IMG/VR virus record: IMGVR_UViG_3300028610_002873 | Strand: one strand, 5' to 3' | Length of the DNA: 64,000 bases | Origin: a virus | In this document: piece by piece, positions 43,605 to 52,377 of the stretch | How the letters are laid out: the number at the start of each line of letters is the position of its first letter | How positions within the stretch are numbered: the first letter of the stretch is position 1 | The notes under the pieces: model-generated | What the model saw: only the letters and a program-made list of their open reading frames with translations | The model's database searches: none | What the model was told of the DNA's origin: nothing | Made by a program: the position numbers and the translations under genes

Positions 43605-43955
43605 TTATTCTTTTCTTTTCTTGGTTGCCAAAATGGCTTCATAAGAATTATTAGCATCTATTAATTTTTCTAAATGTTTTTTAAGTACCTCCGGCTCAGC
43701 CACACTCGCATGAGCCATCGCAATACCAGCTAAAACACCACTTAAGTGTGCATGAAAAATAATACGTGCTTTTTCTTTGTCTACAAATTTCATGCACCTT
43801 TGTAACTCGAAAAAATCATTTTTAGTTGCAGCTCCAGGTGCAGCTTTTACAATATCAAAAAATCTTTTATTTTTTGTCCGCGCAGTGGGACCGGATATCC
43901 CTCTTGGTCCCATTTCTGATATAATTTTTTCACATAGATCAAAATCAATTTCCAT
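43605..43955 (-). CDS. hypothetical protein, 116 aa
   Basis: ORF in the gene chain. Confidence 0.45.
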   Translation of the reverse strand: MEIDFDLCEKIISEMGPRGISGPTARTKNKRFFDIVKAAPGAATKNDFFELQRCMKFVDKEKARIIFHAHLSGVLAGIAMAHASVAEPEVLKKHLEKLIDANNSYEAILATKKRKE

Positions 43956-44207
43956 TTATCGACCTCCTTGAGATTGTTGATTTTCAGCCCATTCCGCATA
44001 TCGAATTAACCATGCAGATATGGCTCTTGCTCTTTTACCTGTAAGTCTAAAACTAATTACATGATTTTTTATTTGAATTAATAATTTGGGTGTTTGTCTC
44101 ATATGAAACTCATTAGCTCTAAAAACAACACGACAATCTTTTTCTGCATTCCAATCAAGTTTTGTTGGTTTTGGGGGGGTTAATTCTTTTACAGATTCTA
44201 ATATCAT
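43956..44207 (-). CDS. hypothetical protein, 83 aa
   Basis: It abuts the downstream ORF, and its ATG overlaps the stop of the upstream small ORF (ATGA). Confidence 0.5.
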   Translation of the reverse strand: MILESVKELTPPKPTKLDWNAEKDCRVVFRANEFHMRQTPKLLIQIKNHVISFRLTGKRARAISAWLIRYAEWAENQQSQGGR

Positions 44208-44380
44208 TTAAGTCTCTTTTCAATAGGAACACAAAACATGAAACCAACTGTTATTGATTGAATAATAATCATAAACATTTTTAGAATTGCTGAATGAGGT
44301 TCTGTATTATGTAGAACTATTAAAAGAGAAATTAAACAAATTATAAATCCTACATAATCAAATACGCGATCAAAATTCAT
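44204..44380 (-). CDS. small membrane protein, 58 aa
   Basis: Hand translation: MNFDRVFDYVGFIICLISLLIVLHNTEPHSAILKMFMIIIQSITVGFMFCVPIEKRLK. TAATG and ATGA overlaps link it to both neighbours. Confidence 0.5.
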   Translation of the reverse strand: MNFDRVFDYVGFIICLISLLIVLHNTEPHSAILKMFMIIIQSITVGFMFCVPIEKRLK

Positions 44381-44634
44381 TAAATCTCTTTCATCGGTTC
44401 TTTAAAAGTAATAAATTCAGGAAGTACCCGAACTATTTGACCATCTTCTAGTTCTACAATTCCTATTGTCTGATAAAGTATTGGGCTTTCTTTTTTACGA
44501 ACTAGATTACTTCCCCATTGATGAAAAATACCAGTTTCAACAGTATCAACAGGTTCTTTTTTTCCACCTTCTTCTGGTTTTTTCCAAACTCTTAATTGAA
44601 CTTCAAGTTTACGACCTAAATTTGTTAATTTCAT
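44380..44634 (-). CDS. small protein, 84 aa, FHxWG...VELEDG family
   Basis: Segment FHQWGSNLVRKKESPILYQTIGIVELEDGQIVRVLPEFITF is shared with two other ORFs. Confidence 0.55.
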   Translation of the reverse strand: MKLTNLGRKLEVQLRVWKKPEEGGKKEPVDTVETGIFHQWGSNLVRKKESPILYQTIGIVELEDGQIVRVLPEFITFKEPMKEI

Positions 44635-44674
44635 AATGATCCCTCTTTCACTTGTTTAAAAAATTTATTTGTCT

Positions 44675-45043
44675 TCATATTATTTCTGGGTGTCCTTTAC
44701 TAAAATTACAATATATACAATCCCATTCTTTAGTGGGTGTTGTTCTTCTACAATAATTACACCAATGGGGCTTATTCATCCATTTTTTAGACCATTTTAC
44801 TTTTGGGTCTTCTAAAGTATTATCTTTATAAAACAACATGCTTACTGATTCATCAATTTCTGCCTCAAATAAAACACTCGTTCCATCATTAAAATGAATT
44901 ATCTTATTACCAAGCCAATTTTCTATTGAATCAATCATTTTTCCAATCATTTGTGGGCCACTTTTAATTTCTTTAATACAAGCATGGAATTTTCGACCAA
45001 GAATAATTGATCCACATTGTCTGCATCTTCCAAGCCGTTTCAT
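44675..45043 (-). CDS. Cys-rich (multiple CxxC) protein, 122 aa
   Basis: Motifs CRQCGS, and CNYC...CIYC at the C-terminus. Confidence 0.5.
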   Translation of the reverse strand: MKRLGRCRQCGSIILGRKFHACIKEIKSGPQMIGKMIDSIENWLGNKIIHFNDGTSVLFEAEIDESVSMLFYKDNTLEDPKVKWSKKWMNKPHWCNYCRRTTPTKEWDCIYCNFSKGHPEII

Positions 45044-45249
45044 TTATTCCTTTCAAAGAGTTGTTCTAATTTGTTATGGCATTCTTCCAATGCCGGTTCA
45101 ACTTCTTCAACCAATTGTGAATCAATAACTTCCAATTTATTAAGACATCTTTTAAACATAGGTGCAGTCATATAATATAAAATAGTTCCACGTATTAAAA
45201 AAATAACTGCAAAAACATAAATAAATTTATAAATAACTTCTAATTTCAT
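45040..45249 (-). CDS. small membrane protein, 69 aa
   Basis: It has an N-terminal TM segment and a 4-nt overlap. Confidence 0.5.
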   Translation of the reverse strand: MKLEVIYKFIYVFAVIFLIRGTILYYMTAPMFKRCLNKLEVIDSQLVEEVEPALEECHNKLEQLFERNK

Positions 45250-45581
45250 TATTTCTTCTTTTGTAATTTAAGGGCTTCTTCCCAAGCACCAGACGATACC
45301 ATCAAAATTTGTCGTATATAAATGAATTCCCTTTTTGGCATTTCTGGCGCATAATGTTTTATTAAAAATAAAACCCTAAATTTTTCTAATTTTTCTAAAT
45401 CCTTAAATCGTATAAGATAGTCTCCACACTTCGGACACACTGAAACTTCTTTATCTATTACAAATATTTCAGGGTAAGCTATATCAGGTTTAATAATTGT
45501 CTTTTTCTGATAAACAATATTTTCACCACAATGTATACATCTATTGGGTAATTTAGACATTTCTTTTCCTTGCCAAAGCAA
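45249..45581 (-). CDS. zinc-ribbon protein (YgiT/MqsA-like N-terminal CxxC...CxxC), 110 aa
   Basis: Motif CIHCGEN...CPKCGD. The resemblance to MqsA-type zinc fingers is by eye only. Confidence 0.4.
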   Translation of the reverse strand: MLWQGKEMSKLPNRCIHCGENIVYQKKTIIKPDIAYPEIFVIDKEVSVCPKCGDYLIRFKDLEKLEKFRVLFLIKHYAPEMPKREFIYIRQILMVSSGAWEEALKLQKKK

Positions 45582-45756
45582 CTAATGATTTCATTATTTC
45601 ATGTGACGATACAAAATCTGGTAAATTGCCAACTGGTTCTTCACCAGCTAATTCCAACATTCGATTAATGTGTTGTCTACTAAACAAAGCACGTTCAGTT
45701 TCTGAATGTAAATCACAATAATCAATTAGCTGTTCATCAGTCATTTTATCGGTCAT
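45553..45756 (-). CDS. hypothetical protein, 67 aa
   Basis: ORF in the gene chain. Confidence 0.45.
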   Translation of the reverse strand: MTDKMTDEQLIDYCDLHSETERALFSRQHINRMLELAGEEPVGNLPDFVSSHEIMKSLVALARKRNV

Positions 45757-45986
45757 ATTGAATCACCTCTATGTTTTGGATTTTCTTCAACTGCGATTAA
45801 TTTTTCCAAATAAGCCCGAGCCTTGTATAAAGCTTTTATCCCATCTTTATGTCGATATCTGGTAACGTATTTCACCACATTACCATCTAAAAATCCCATT
45901 TTGTGTGAAACAATATAATCCCAACATTCAATTCCATGTGTATAATGTTTTGGGTGTTTGATTTCTGAATCATTTTTCTTAATCAT
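45753..45986 (-). CDS. DUF3310-family phage protein, 77 aa
   Basis: Segment KHPKHYTHGIECWDYIVSHKMGFLDGNVVKYVTRYRHKDGIKALYKARAYLEKLI. I place the start at ATG 45986 (ATGA overlap with the upstream stop). The track extends to 46004. Confidence 0.65.
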   Translation of the reverse strand: MIKKNDSEIKHPKHYTHGIECWDYIVSHKMGFLDGNVVKYVTRYRHKDGIKALYKARAYLEKLIAVEENPKHRGDSI

Positions 45987-46174
45987 AAAAGTATCCTTAA
46001 ACATCGAACTACTCTAGCTCTTTTTATTGAAGACAACGGACCCAATGCCGCACATACCTGTTCAATAACACCTGTCTCTTTCCATGCTTTTGCAACAGTC
46101 ATTTCTTTTCGACGACGATGCACCCGAAAATAATCACATGCTACTTTACGTCTTCGCCATTCTTTTCTAGTCAT
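45983..46174 (-). CDS. hypothetical basic protein, 63 aa
   Basis: 4-nt overlaps on both sides. Confidence 0.5.
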   Translation of the reverse strand: MTRKEWRRRKVACDYFRVHRRRKEMTVAKAWKETGVIEQVCAALGPLSSIKRARVVRCLRILL

Positions 46175-46566
46175 CTTGCACCTTTCAAAATTTGCTCAAT
46201 TCTTTGTTTACTAACCCCATATTTTTTACCTAGCTTACTCATAGTTGTTTTATGTTGAAGATGTAAAGCATATCGTCTTAGAATATCTTCCTTATGTTGT
46301 TTATCAATTTTCATCACACTATTTTGATGAGATGGTTTTACGCATTTTTTATCACCGCATTTTGAAGTTAGATGCCCATTATTAGAATAAGAATATGTTA
46401 GACTAAATAATAATTTTCTTACAGAACGAGTAGGAATACCACGAATATAAAATTCAGGACTATTATAACCATTAGTATGCCCAGTCCAATACCAATGTGG
46501 CTCTTTTTTTTCTACATACTTCCAAATTCTTTCCTGCCAGGGTTTTATTTTTGGTCCTCGTTTCAT
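46171..46566 (-). CDS. DNA-binding protein candidate: degenerate HNH_3-like N-terminus plus sigma70-region-4-like HTH, 131 aa
   Basis: The segment CGDKKCVKPSHQ resembles C-n--CvNP-H. The C-terminus LGKKYGVSKQRIEQILKGA is HTH-like. Confidence 0.45.
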   Translation of the reverse strand: MKRGPKIKPWQERIWKYVEKKEPHWYWTGHTNGYNSPEFYIRGIPTRSVRKLLFSLTYSYSNNGHLTSKCGDKKCVKPSHQNSVMKIDKQHKEDILRRYALHLQHKTTMSKLGKKYGVSKQRIEQILKGAR

Positions 46567-46868
46567 TGCTTCACCTTTTTATATGTGTCTTTAAAAATAC
46601 TCGGTTTACATGGATAAAATTCCCCCACAATATCTTTAATAATCCAATCATTAGGACAAACTTTATACCCATCTTCTTTTATATCTATCCAACCATGATC
46701 ATGAAATTTTTCATTGCATTCATTACATTTTTTATCCCCAGAAATATCTGGCCTTCTAAAATATCTTACAAGATCGTTTTCTGGTTCATGAAGATTATGT
46801 CCAAACCATTGAAATGCAATCACCTGAATAGGTAATTTTTCAAAAAAAGCTCTATTTCCTCGTTTCAT
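46563..46868 (-). CDS. conserved phage protein with GEFYPCKP-IF motif, 101 aa
   Basis: Segment DWIIKDIVGEFYPCKPSIFKDTYKKV. The family has no known function. Confidence 0.5.
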   Translation of the reverse strand: MKRGNRAFFEKLPIQVIAFQWFGHNLHEPENDLVRYFRRPDISGDKKCNECNEKFHDHGWIDIKEDGYKVCPNDWIIKDIVGEFYPCKPSIFKDTYKKVKQ

Positions 46869-46879
46869 TCTTGCATCTC

Positions 46880-47236
46880 CTAATCTAAAAATTTATTTGC
46901 TCTTAATACAGCTTCAAATGTATCTAATCTTTTCACATTATCATTATTCCAATTATATGCGCGCTCTGCAAAAAGTCTTGATGCCTTCACTTCTTCCACC
47001 AATTTTAATCCTTGATTTTTATCATCACGAAAAAACTCAGTCAAATCCTCAAGTTTCTGTTTTATGTCCCAATAATTATAAACATAATTATTTTTTAACT
47101 TATCTAATTCGTCTTTAGCTAATTCTTTAATTTGATTAATCTCAGAATATCTACAAGTAATTTTTACAGCATAATATCCAAAAATACCCATTAAGAATCC
47201 ATTAAACGCGGTCAAAAAATATAATACATTTTCCAT
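46880..47236 (-). CDS. membrane-anchored protein, 118 aa
   Basis: An N-terminal TM segment is present. Confidence 0.45.
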   Translation of the reverse strand: MENVLYFLTAFNGFLMGIFGYYAVKITCRYSEINQIKELAKDELDKLKNNYVYNYWDIKQKLEDLTEFFRDDKNQGLKLVEEVKASRLFAERAYNWNNDNVKRLDTFEAVLRANKFLD

Positions 47237-47241
47237 TTTTC

Positions 47242-47679
47242 TTACTCCTTAATTATTATTTTTCCATCTTCCCAACCATTACAAACTGTATCAACCCAAG
47301 GTTCAATGTCTGGGTATTTAGATGTAATATATTTCTTACATCCAAAAATTTCTTCCATATTTTGTTGGTCTACATATTTGCAAGTTCCACAACTTATAAG
47401 TTCAAATTTTCTAAACTTTGGCGCTTTCAATTTCTCTATTTTTTCAAAAGTTTCTTCAGAATAATATGTTTTAGTTAATTGATCCATCACAGTTATCGGA
47501 TCACAAACAGTATTATTGGCTAATCTTAATATTGATTCAGCAAAAGTCCATTTATGTTTAACTGACAATACTTGAAATCGTTTGTCTTCTGAAATTAAAT
47601 CATAAAGTTGTTTAATTGTTATTGAACTAAATGTATATTTTTTACTTAATTGTTCTTCTATATTATTCATCGCTATCAT
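47242..47679 (-). CDS. hypothetical protein, 145 aa
   Basis: ORF in the gene chain. Confidence 0.45.
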   Translation of the reverse strand: MIAMNNIEEQLSKKYTFSSITIKQLYDLISEDKRFQVLSVKHKWTFAESILRLANNTVCDPITVMDQLTKTYYSEETFEKIEKLKAPKFRKFELISCGTCKYVDQQNMEEIFGCKKYITSKYPDIEPWVDTVCNGWEDGKIIIKE

Positions 47680-47965
47680 CCACTTCTTCTTTTAATCCAA
47701 GCATTTCTGTAAATAAAGTTGAAAGCCCATTCATATCTTCCAGATCAAGTTCACCGACTTGTTTTTCAGTAAGATTACTAATCCTAGAAATTAATTTTGC
47801 AAGATGTAATGGGTCTGAACCCTCTTTCTTTAATTGTAATCCAAAATAGTCTCTTGTTTTTGGTCTACGCAAAGTAACCGTCTGGATAATATCAACCCCA
47901 ACAAACCATTTTGATGGTGTTTCAAGTGGGTATTTTAGATTATAAGTTCTAACTAAATCCTTCAT
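47663..47965 (-). CDS. hypothetical protein, about 100 aa
   Basis: I place the start at ATG 47965 (ATGA overlap with the upstream stop). The track extends to 48007. Confidence 0.45.
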   Translation of the reverse strand: MKDLVRTYNLKYPLETPSKWFVGVDIIQTVTLRRPKTRDYFGLQLKKEGSDPLHLAKLISRISNLTEKQVGELDLEDMNGLSTLFTEMLGLKEEVDDSDE

Positions 47966-48345
47966 ACAATTTTCTCTAAACGAGTTTTTTCTTTTCTCCT
48001 TACGCAAGCATCTTTAACCGCTAAGGCAATTGATCTAATCGAATAACTTTTTGCATAAGCTGTGAAATATAAATCCAACCATCTTTCTTCTGATATTTTA
48101 CCCGCTTTGTAATTAATAGAAGTGATTGTTGAAGCGATTATTTCAAAAACATGGGGTTCATAGACAAGACTATTACCAGTTATCTCTTTCACTTGTAATC
48201 TATAACCAGCTCCTATGCCAGCACTCAGCATACCAAGTTGAATCGCAAAATCTCGTTTGGAATATTTGTCCGTTAAATTATCAGCCCAGCGGCTGTGTCT
48301 CGAATATAGTTCCAACCATGGTTTTTTTATTCTAAATGGCCACAT
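47962..48345 (-). CDS. hypothetical protein, 127 aa
   Basis: ORF in the gene chain, with a 1-nt overlap with the upstream ORF. Confidence 0.45.
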   Translation of the reverse strand: MWPFRIKKPWLELYSRHSRWADNLTDKYSKRDFAIQLGMLSAGIGAGYRLQVKEITGNSLVYEPHVFEIIASTITSINYKAGKISEERWLDLYFTAYAKSYSIRSIALAVKDACVRRKEKTRLEKIV

Positions 48346-48539
48346 TATTCCTCCTCAATCATTCTTGGTGAATTAGAATTTGTAAATATCTGATTTTCTA
48401 ATCGTTCAATCTCATCACAAAGTGCTGGAACAGCCATTCTTAAACTTTCATAATTTTTAATATATTCTTTTTGTATACCTAATTTTATTGAATGTGGGGT
48501 TCGATGATGTTTATTTCTTAGGCGCTTTATATTAATCAT
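48345..48539 (-). CDS. hypothetical protein, 64 aa
   Basis: ORF in the gene chain. Confidence 0.45.
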   Translation of the reverse strand: MINIKRLRNKHHRTPHSIKLGIQKEYIKNYESLRMAVPALCDEIERLENQIFTNSNSPRMIEEE

Positions 48540-48781
48540 TTTGATATTTTCTTACTTATGCATTCAATTTTTTCTTTAAACTGTATAGCATCTTCTATAT
48601 AAATAAAAGAACTATTGGGGATTTCTTCACACGATCGTATAAACTTTTTAAATAATGCATGTTGTCTCAAAAGTTTATCGCGTTCTTTACTTAAACTATG
48701 AATCTTATCCCTTTTTCGATTCATTCCCGTGTTTACTTTTTTTACTTCATTTCGATATTTAGTAGATTTTTGTTTTCTCAT
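48536..48781 (-). CDS. hypothetical basic protein, 81 aa
   Basis: 4-nt overlaps are present. Confidence 0.45.
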   Translation of the reverse strand: MRKQKSTKYRNEVKKVNTGMNRKRDKIHSLSKERDKLLRQHALFKKFIRSCEEIPNSSFIYIEDAIQFKEKIECISKKISK

Positions 48782-49101
48782 TTCTTTACCTTATCAAAAT
48801 GTTTAGCAGCATTTAATCCCACACCCAAAAAACAATTCTGACCATTTTCAATAAGCCAACCTATTTGTACTAAAACCCCAAATTTGACTTTTCTATCTTT
48901 CATATCTTTTCCAAATGCTTGTTCAGATTCATGGGCTTCGGTTCCCACTATTGGATCTGGAATTTCATACCACGGTGCTACCTTTACAATCTTTCCTGAT
49001 ACTTTATGCTTCCATTGTGTTGCTATTTTAGGATTGGGTTGTTTGATTTTATTCATTTCTTTTCTTGCTCTTTCATTTTTTCCTTTCACTTTGATTTCCA
49101 A
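48778..49101 (-). CDS. hypothetical protein, 107 aa
   Basis: ORF in the gene chain. Confidence 0.45.
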   Translation of the reverse strand: MEIKVKGKNERARKEMNKIKQPNPKIATQWKHKVSGKIVKVAPWYEIPDPIVGTEAHESEQAFGKDMKDRKVKFGVLVQIGWLIENGQNCFLGVGLNAAKHFDKVKK

Positions 49102-49304
49102 AACACTTTCGCTTCTTTATTAGCTTCATGCCATAATGATCCACTTTTTAAATAATCCTTTTGACGATAACCTTTCCAAATTTTATCACGAATCTTTTTA
49201 GGCAATATCATCCAGTGATAATAACATGCATAATTATCAATTGGTTTTTTCCTAAAGCATCTAGAATGAGGACAATATACTCCAAATTTTAATTTTTGTT
49301 TCAT
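49086..49304 (-). CDS. hypothetical Cys/His-containing protein, 72 aa
   Basis: ORF in the gene chain. Confidence 0.45.
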   Translation of the reverse strand: MKQKLKFGVYCPHSRCFRKKPIDNYACYYHWMILPKKIRDKIWKGYRQKDYLKSGSLWHEANKEAKVFWKSK

Positions 49305-49425
49305 AAAAAAACACCTCCAAACACATTATTGCAATAACCCACAATCCTAATGTAGTCAAAAATCCAAAACCAAAAAAAAGTCCAAATTCATATCCATTTT
49401 CAATCTTCATTTATATTGATTTCCT

Positions 49426-49737
49426 TTATTTTATAGGTAGGGCACATGTGATAACAAAATCAAGATCTTTCCAAATATGACAAACCTTATTCTTAATTTT
49501 ACAAGTTTCTACAATCACATGTGATTTTACAACTTCAGTTTTACAAACCCAATCAAAAACTACATCTTGTTTAATATCACCTGCAAGAACACAATAACAA
49601 ACTGCGGATGATCTCTTAAGTTCAAGCTGTGTTTTACCTGTAGAGATATCAACAACATTATTGATACCTGTACTAGAACGAATAGCTGGTGTACCCAATT
49701 GGAAAATAATACTTGCGGCTATTAATAATTGTTTCAT
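49426..49737 (-). CDS. secreted Cys-rich protein candidate, 103 aa
   Basis: Signal-like N-terminus MKQLLIAASIIFQLGTPA. Confidence 0.45.
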   Translation of the reverse strand: MKQLLIAASIIFQLGTPAIRSSTGINNVVDISTGKTQLELKRSSAVCYCVLAGDIKQDVVFDWVCKTEVVKSHVIVETCKIKNKVCHIWKDLDFVITCALPIK

Positions 49738-49760
49738 AAAATTAACCTACTTTTTCTTTC

Positions 49761-50138
49761 TTAATGAACATAATTAGATTGAGAACTGGTTTTTTTCTTA
49801 GCAATAACTAACATCTTTGATGCCAATTTTTTCTCAATCCTTTTCTTAAGCACACCTTTATAATCTAAATGACCACCTGGATTAAATATTCTAATCAATT
49901 CAGATAAACAATTTAAATCTAAACGTTGATCATTATCCAAACGTAAATAAGTAACAACATTTTGATTGGTGCTTTTAGAAAATAATTTTAATTTATTACG
50001 TTTTCTATTAATAAAAGCAACATGCTCACCTTGATCCAATCGTTTCAAATTTACATTTGATTTGGAAGCAAGTTTAACCAATCCATCATGTTGGCCTCGT
50101 AAATCAGTATTAAAAAATACTCTTAATATTTTATTCAT
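49761..50138 (-). CDS. IS66 Orf2 (TnpB_IS66)-like protein, 125 aa
   Basis: Segment RVFFNTDLRGQHDGLVKLAS...GEHVAFINRKRNKLKLF...TYLRLDNDQRL parallels the IS66 orf2 pattern D-R-g-dgL ... G-lfvF-Nrr-d-lKiL ... KRLe-g-f. Confidence 0.5.
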   Translation of the reverse strand: MNKILRVFFNTDLRGQHDGLVKLASKSNVNLKRLDQGEHVAFINRKRNKLKLFSKSTNQNVVTYLRLDNDQRLDLNCLSELIRIFNPGGHLDYKGVLKKRIEKKLASKMLVIAKKKTSSQSNYVH

Positions 50139-50152
50139 TTATAATTCCTTTT

Positions 50153-50452
50153 CTATAATCTTTCTAATGCAGCTACTACTTCGTCTGGTGAACCAACCAA
50201 AGCAATTAATCTTTTATTAGAAACATTTTTTACCTTTTTTATCTTCTTTTTAGTTGGGTTACCAGCATTATAAGTAATTACTTTTGGAATTTGATTAGTT
50301 TTCCAATCATAATACATAGAAGGGTGAATATTATATTTTTTACAAGCATCACCAATACTCGTTCCAGTATTACGAAGATTAGTAATCTTATTAACAAGAT
50401 CTTCCTTTTGTTCAATTGTTCTTCTAGTGAATTTTTTTATTTTCATTTTCAA
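50153..50452 (-). CDS. IS3/IS66 Orf1-type HTH (HTH_Tnp_1-like) protein, 99 aa
   Basis: Segment TRRTIEQKEDLVNKITNLRNTGTSIGDACKKYNIHPSMYYDWK fits the transposase orf1 HTH pattern. Confidence 0.5.
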   Translation of the reverse strand: MKMKIKKFTRRTIEQKEDLVNKITNLRNTGTSIGDACKKYNIHPSMYYDWKTNQIPKVITYNAGNPTKKKIKKVKNVSNKRLIALVGSPDEVVAALERL

Positions 50453-50462
50453 TTTCTCCTTT

Positions 50463-50768
50463 TTATTTTTTTAAAACCGAATTAACTAAATCTTGATTTG
50501 TTGGATATTTATTTATCCATGATTGATAATCGTATGTTGGTTCACCATGTATAATTTGCCATTGGTTATCTCCTTTATGTTTAATATTTAATTTGACCAT
50601 TCGGCCTTGAACATAATCTAAATTCAATCCAAACTTATCAATATTAAAATCTTTATTAGTAAAAACACGATTTGTATAATGCAAAAATCCCATACCCATA
50701 GGTTTTGACGCATTTACTGCATTAGCAGCAATTTGTTTCACTTGTTCTTCAGTAGCTTTAAATATCAT
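50463..50768 (-). CDS. hypothetical protein, about 101 aa
   Basis: I place the start at ATG 50768, with AGGAG 8 nt upstream. The track N-terminal extension overlaps the 49-aa ORF. Confidence 0.45.
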   Translation of the reverse strand: MIFKATEEQVKQIAANAVNASKPMGMGFLHYTNRVFTNKDFNIDKFGLNLDYVQGRMVKLNIKHKGDNQWQIIHGEPTYDYQSWINKYPTNQDLVNSVLKK

Positions 50769-50790
50769 TTTCATTTTCTCCTTTTTAATT

Positions 50791-50940
50791 TTACTTTGCA
50801 TAAAATATAACATAAGTATTAACATCTTTTTCAAGCATCTTTTTTATTTTTGTAATTCGCATAAATGCAAAATAATCAGCTAATAATTCTGCTTCAATTT
50901 CATTACATTTATATTCTTTCAAAAATTCTATAAAACTCAT
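50791..50940 (-). CDS. small ORF, 49 aa
   Basis: Hand translation: MSFIEFLKEYKCNEIEAELLADYFAFMRITKIKKMLEKDVNTYVIFYAK. Its ATG overlaps the upstream stop (ATGA). Confidence 0.4.
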   Translation of the reverse strand: MSFIEFLKEYKCNEIEAELLADYFAFMRITKIKKMLEKDVNTYVIFYAK

Positions 50941-51209
50941 TGTTTCTCCTTAAAAACATGAAAAACTAAATCACCATCTGCCAATTGAAAAGTTCCAATG
51001 TATTTCTTATGTTCATCATCATGAACATTGTGTCCAGTTCCATAAACATAAAATCTATGCGTAACTTTTACAACTGATTCAGTATCAACCAATGCCCACA
51101 AACATAATTTACCTCTTTGCACCTGAACAGTTAAAATTTCTGCATCAATTGGTAATTCAATTTGTTGTTCACCCCCTATTTGTAATTTATATTTATAAAC
51201 ACTTTTCAT
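50937..51209 (-). CDS. conserved small phage protein, 90 aa
   Basis: The beta-rich pattern VYKYKLQIGGEQQIELPIDAEILTVQVQRGKLCLWALVD is seen in many prophages. The function is unknown. Confidence 0.5.
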   Translation of the reverse strand: MKSVYKYKLQIGGEQQIELPIDAEILTVQVQRGKLCLWALVDTESVVKVTHRFYVYGTGHNVHDDEHKKYIGTFQLADGDLVFHVFKEKQ

Positions 51210-51478
51210 TTTTTCTCTCTGTCTGTGAATCTCACCAATTTAGGTTTAACAAAAACTATCTGGCCATTTTCTTTTTCAATAACTGCATATGTAGATTGTT
51301 CAGAAATTTCACCAATTTTTCGTCCTTCATGCGACCAACAATGAAACCAACCACTATAATCTATCTTCACTCCTGATGGGTTAGTCTCAACATCATGTTC
51401 AGTAGTGTTTCGATCGTAAATTTCAACTGGTCTTTGGCTTTCCATTATCATTTTTTTACCTCTTTCACATTGATCCAA
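51206..51478 (-). CDS. small protein, 90 aa, FHxW...IEKENG family
   Basis: Segment FHCWSHEGRKIGEISEQSTYAVIEKENGQIVFVKPKLVRF. Confidence 0.55.
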   Translation of the reverse strand: MDQCERGKKMIMESQRPVEIYDRNTTEHDVETNPSGVKIDYSGWFHCWSHEGRKIGEISEQSTYAVIEKENGQIVFVKPKLVRFTDREKK

Positions 51479-51714
51479 TCCCCACCGATTGCTGGATTAT
51501 GATCAAATATATCTATCTCTCTCACCCAACCCTTCCTTGGCTCTTTTTCGATTACCCACAAATTAGATGTAATTTCATCAGGCCCAAGATTGAGCCGTTT
51601 GCCTTGTAGGTCGAAGAAATATTCATCCCCAAGTTTGTAACCACGTATCCAACACATTCCACTATTAAGGATTGTGTAGTTTTTACCGCTCTGGATAACT
51701 TCATCGATTTTCAT
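51448..51714 (-). CDS. hypothetical protein, 88 aa
   Basis: ORF in the gene chain. Confidence 0.45.
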   Translation of the reverse strand: MKIDEVIQSGKNYTILNSGMCWIRGYKLGDEYFFDLQGKRLNLGPDEITSNLWVIEKEPRKGWVREIDIFDHNPAIGGDWINVKEVKK

Positions 51715-51995
51715 CCATTCACCTTCTCTATTGCTTCATTAATTAAATTATAAAAGTAGTGCCAATTTTTAGCGTGGTCATTTTTCTGGCAAAGAATAGC
51801 GGCCCTTTTCATGCCTCGGAGTTCAGCTTGATCTAAAGCCGATTTAATATCTGCTTCTTGATCATCAAAAAGTGATCCGTCATCTGTTTTATCTTCTAAT
51901 CTATCTTCTAAATGGCCTACTAACTCAGTGGCTCGTACAAGATTACTCATTATTTTATTTGTCATTCTGGTTCTCCTGCTCCATTTGCTTTTCAA
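51711..51995 (-). CDS. hypothetical protein, 94 aa
   Basis: ORF in the gene chain. Confidence 0.45.
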   Translation of the reverse strand: MKSKWSRRTRMTNKIMSNLVRATELVGHLEDRLEDKTDDGSLFDDQEADIKSALDQAELRGMKRAAILCQKNDHAKNWHYFYNLINEAIEKVNG

Positions 51996-52377
51996 TTTTT
52001 TTTATTTTTACTAAAGCCACATTCATGCAACTTGCTACTTCAACAGGTTTCCCATTTTGACCAGTAAAATGATATTTTCCTTCCCCACGAACTATCTTCA
52101 TCACATCTTTCTGGTTCTCTAATAAAATTTCTATCACCTGATTGGCTCTTTCAATGGTTACATCCCTTTTCAGCATCTCATCAACTATTTTTTTCTCCTT
52201 TATCCGATCCAAAATTATTTTTGCCAATGCACTATTAGGACATGACATTCTTAACCAAGATGGCTGAAAATTTTTAGTTCCATAATAAAGTTCCTCAATT
52301 CGATAACCATTATTCGTTTTCACAATGCGATAGCTGTCACTTAATTGGAGTACTACTTCAAACCATTGCTTACTCAT
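51955..52377 (-). CDS. hypothetical protein, 140 aa
   Basis: ORF in the gene chain. Confidence 0.45.
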   Translation of the reverse strand: MSKQWFEVVLQLSDSYRIVKTNNGYRIEELYYGTKNFQPSWLRMSCPNSALAKIILDRIKEKKIVDEMLKRDVTIERANQVIEILLENQKDVMKIVRGEGKYHFTGQNGKPVEVASCMNVALVKIKKIEKQMEQENQNDK

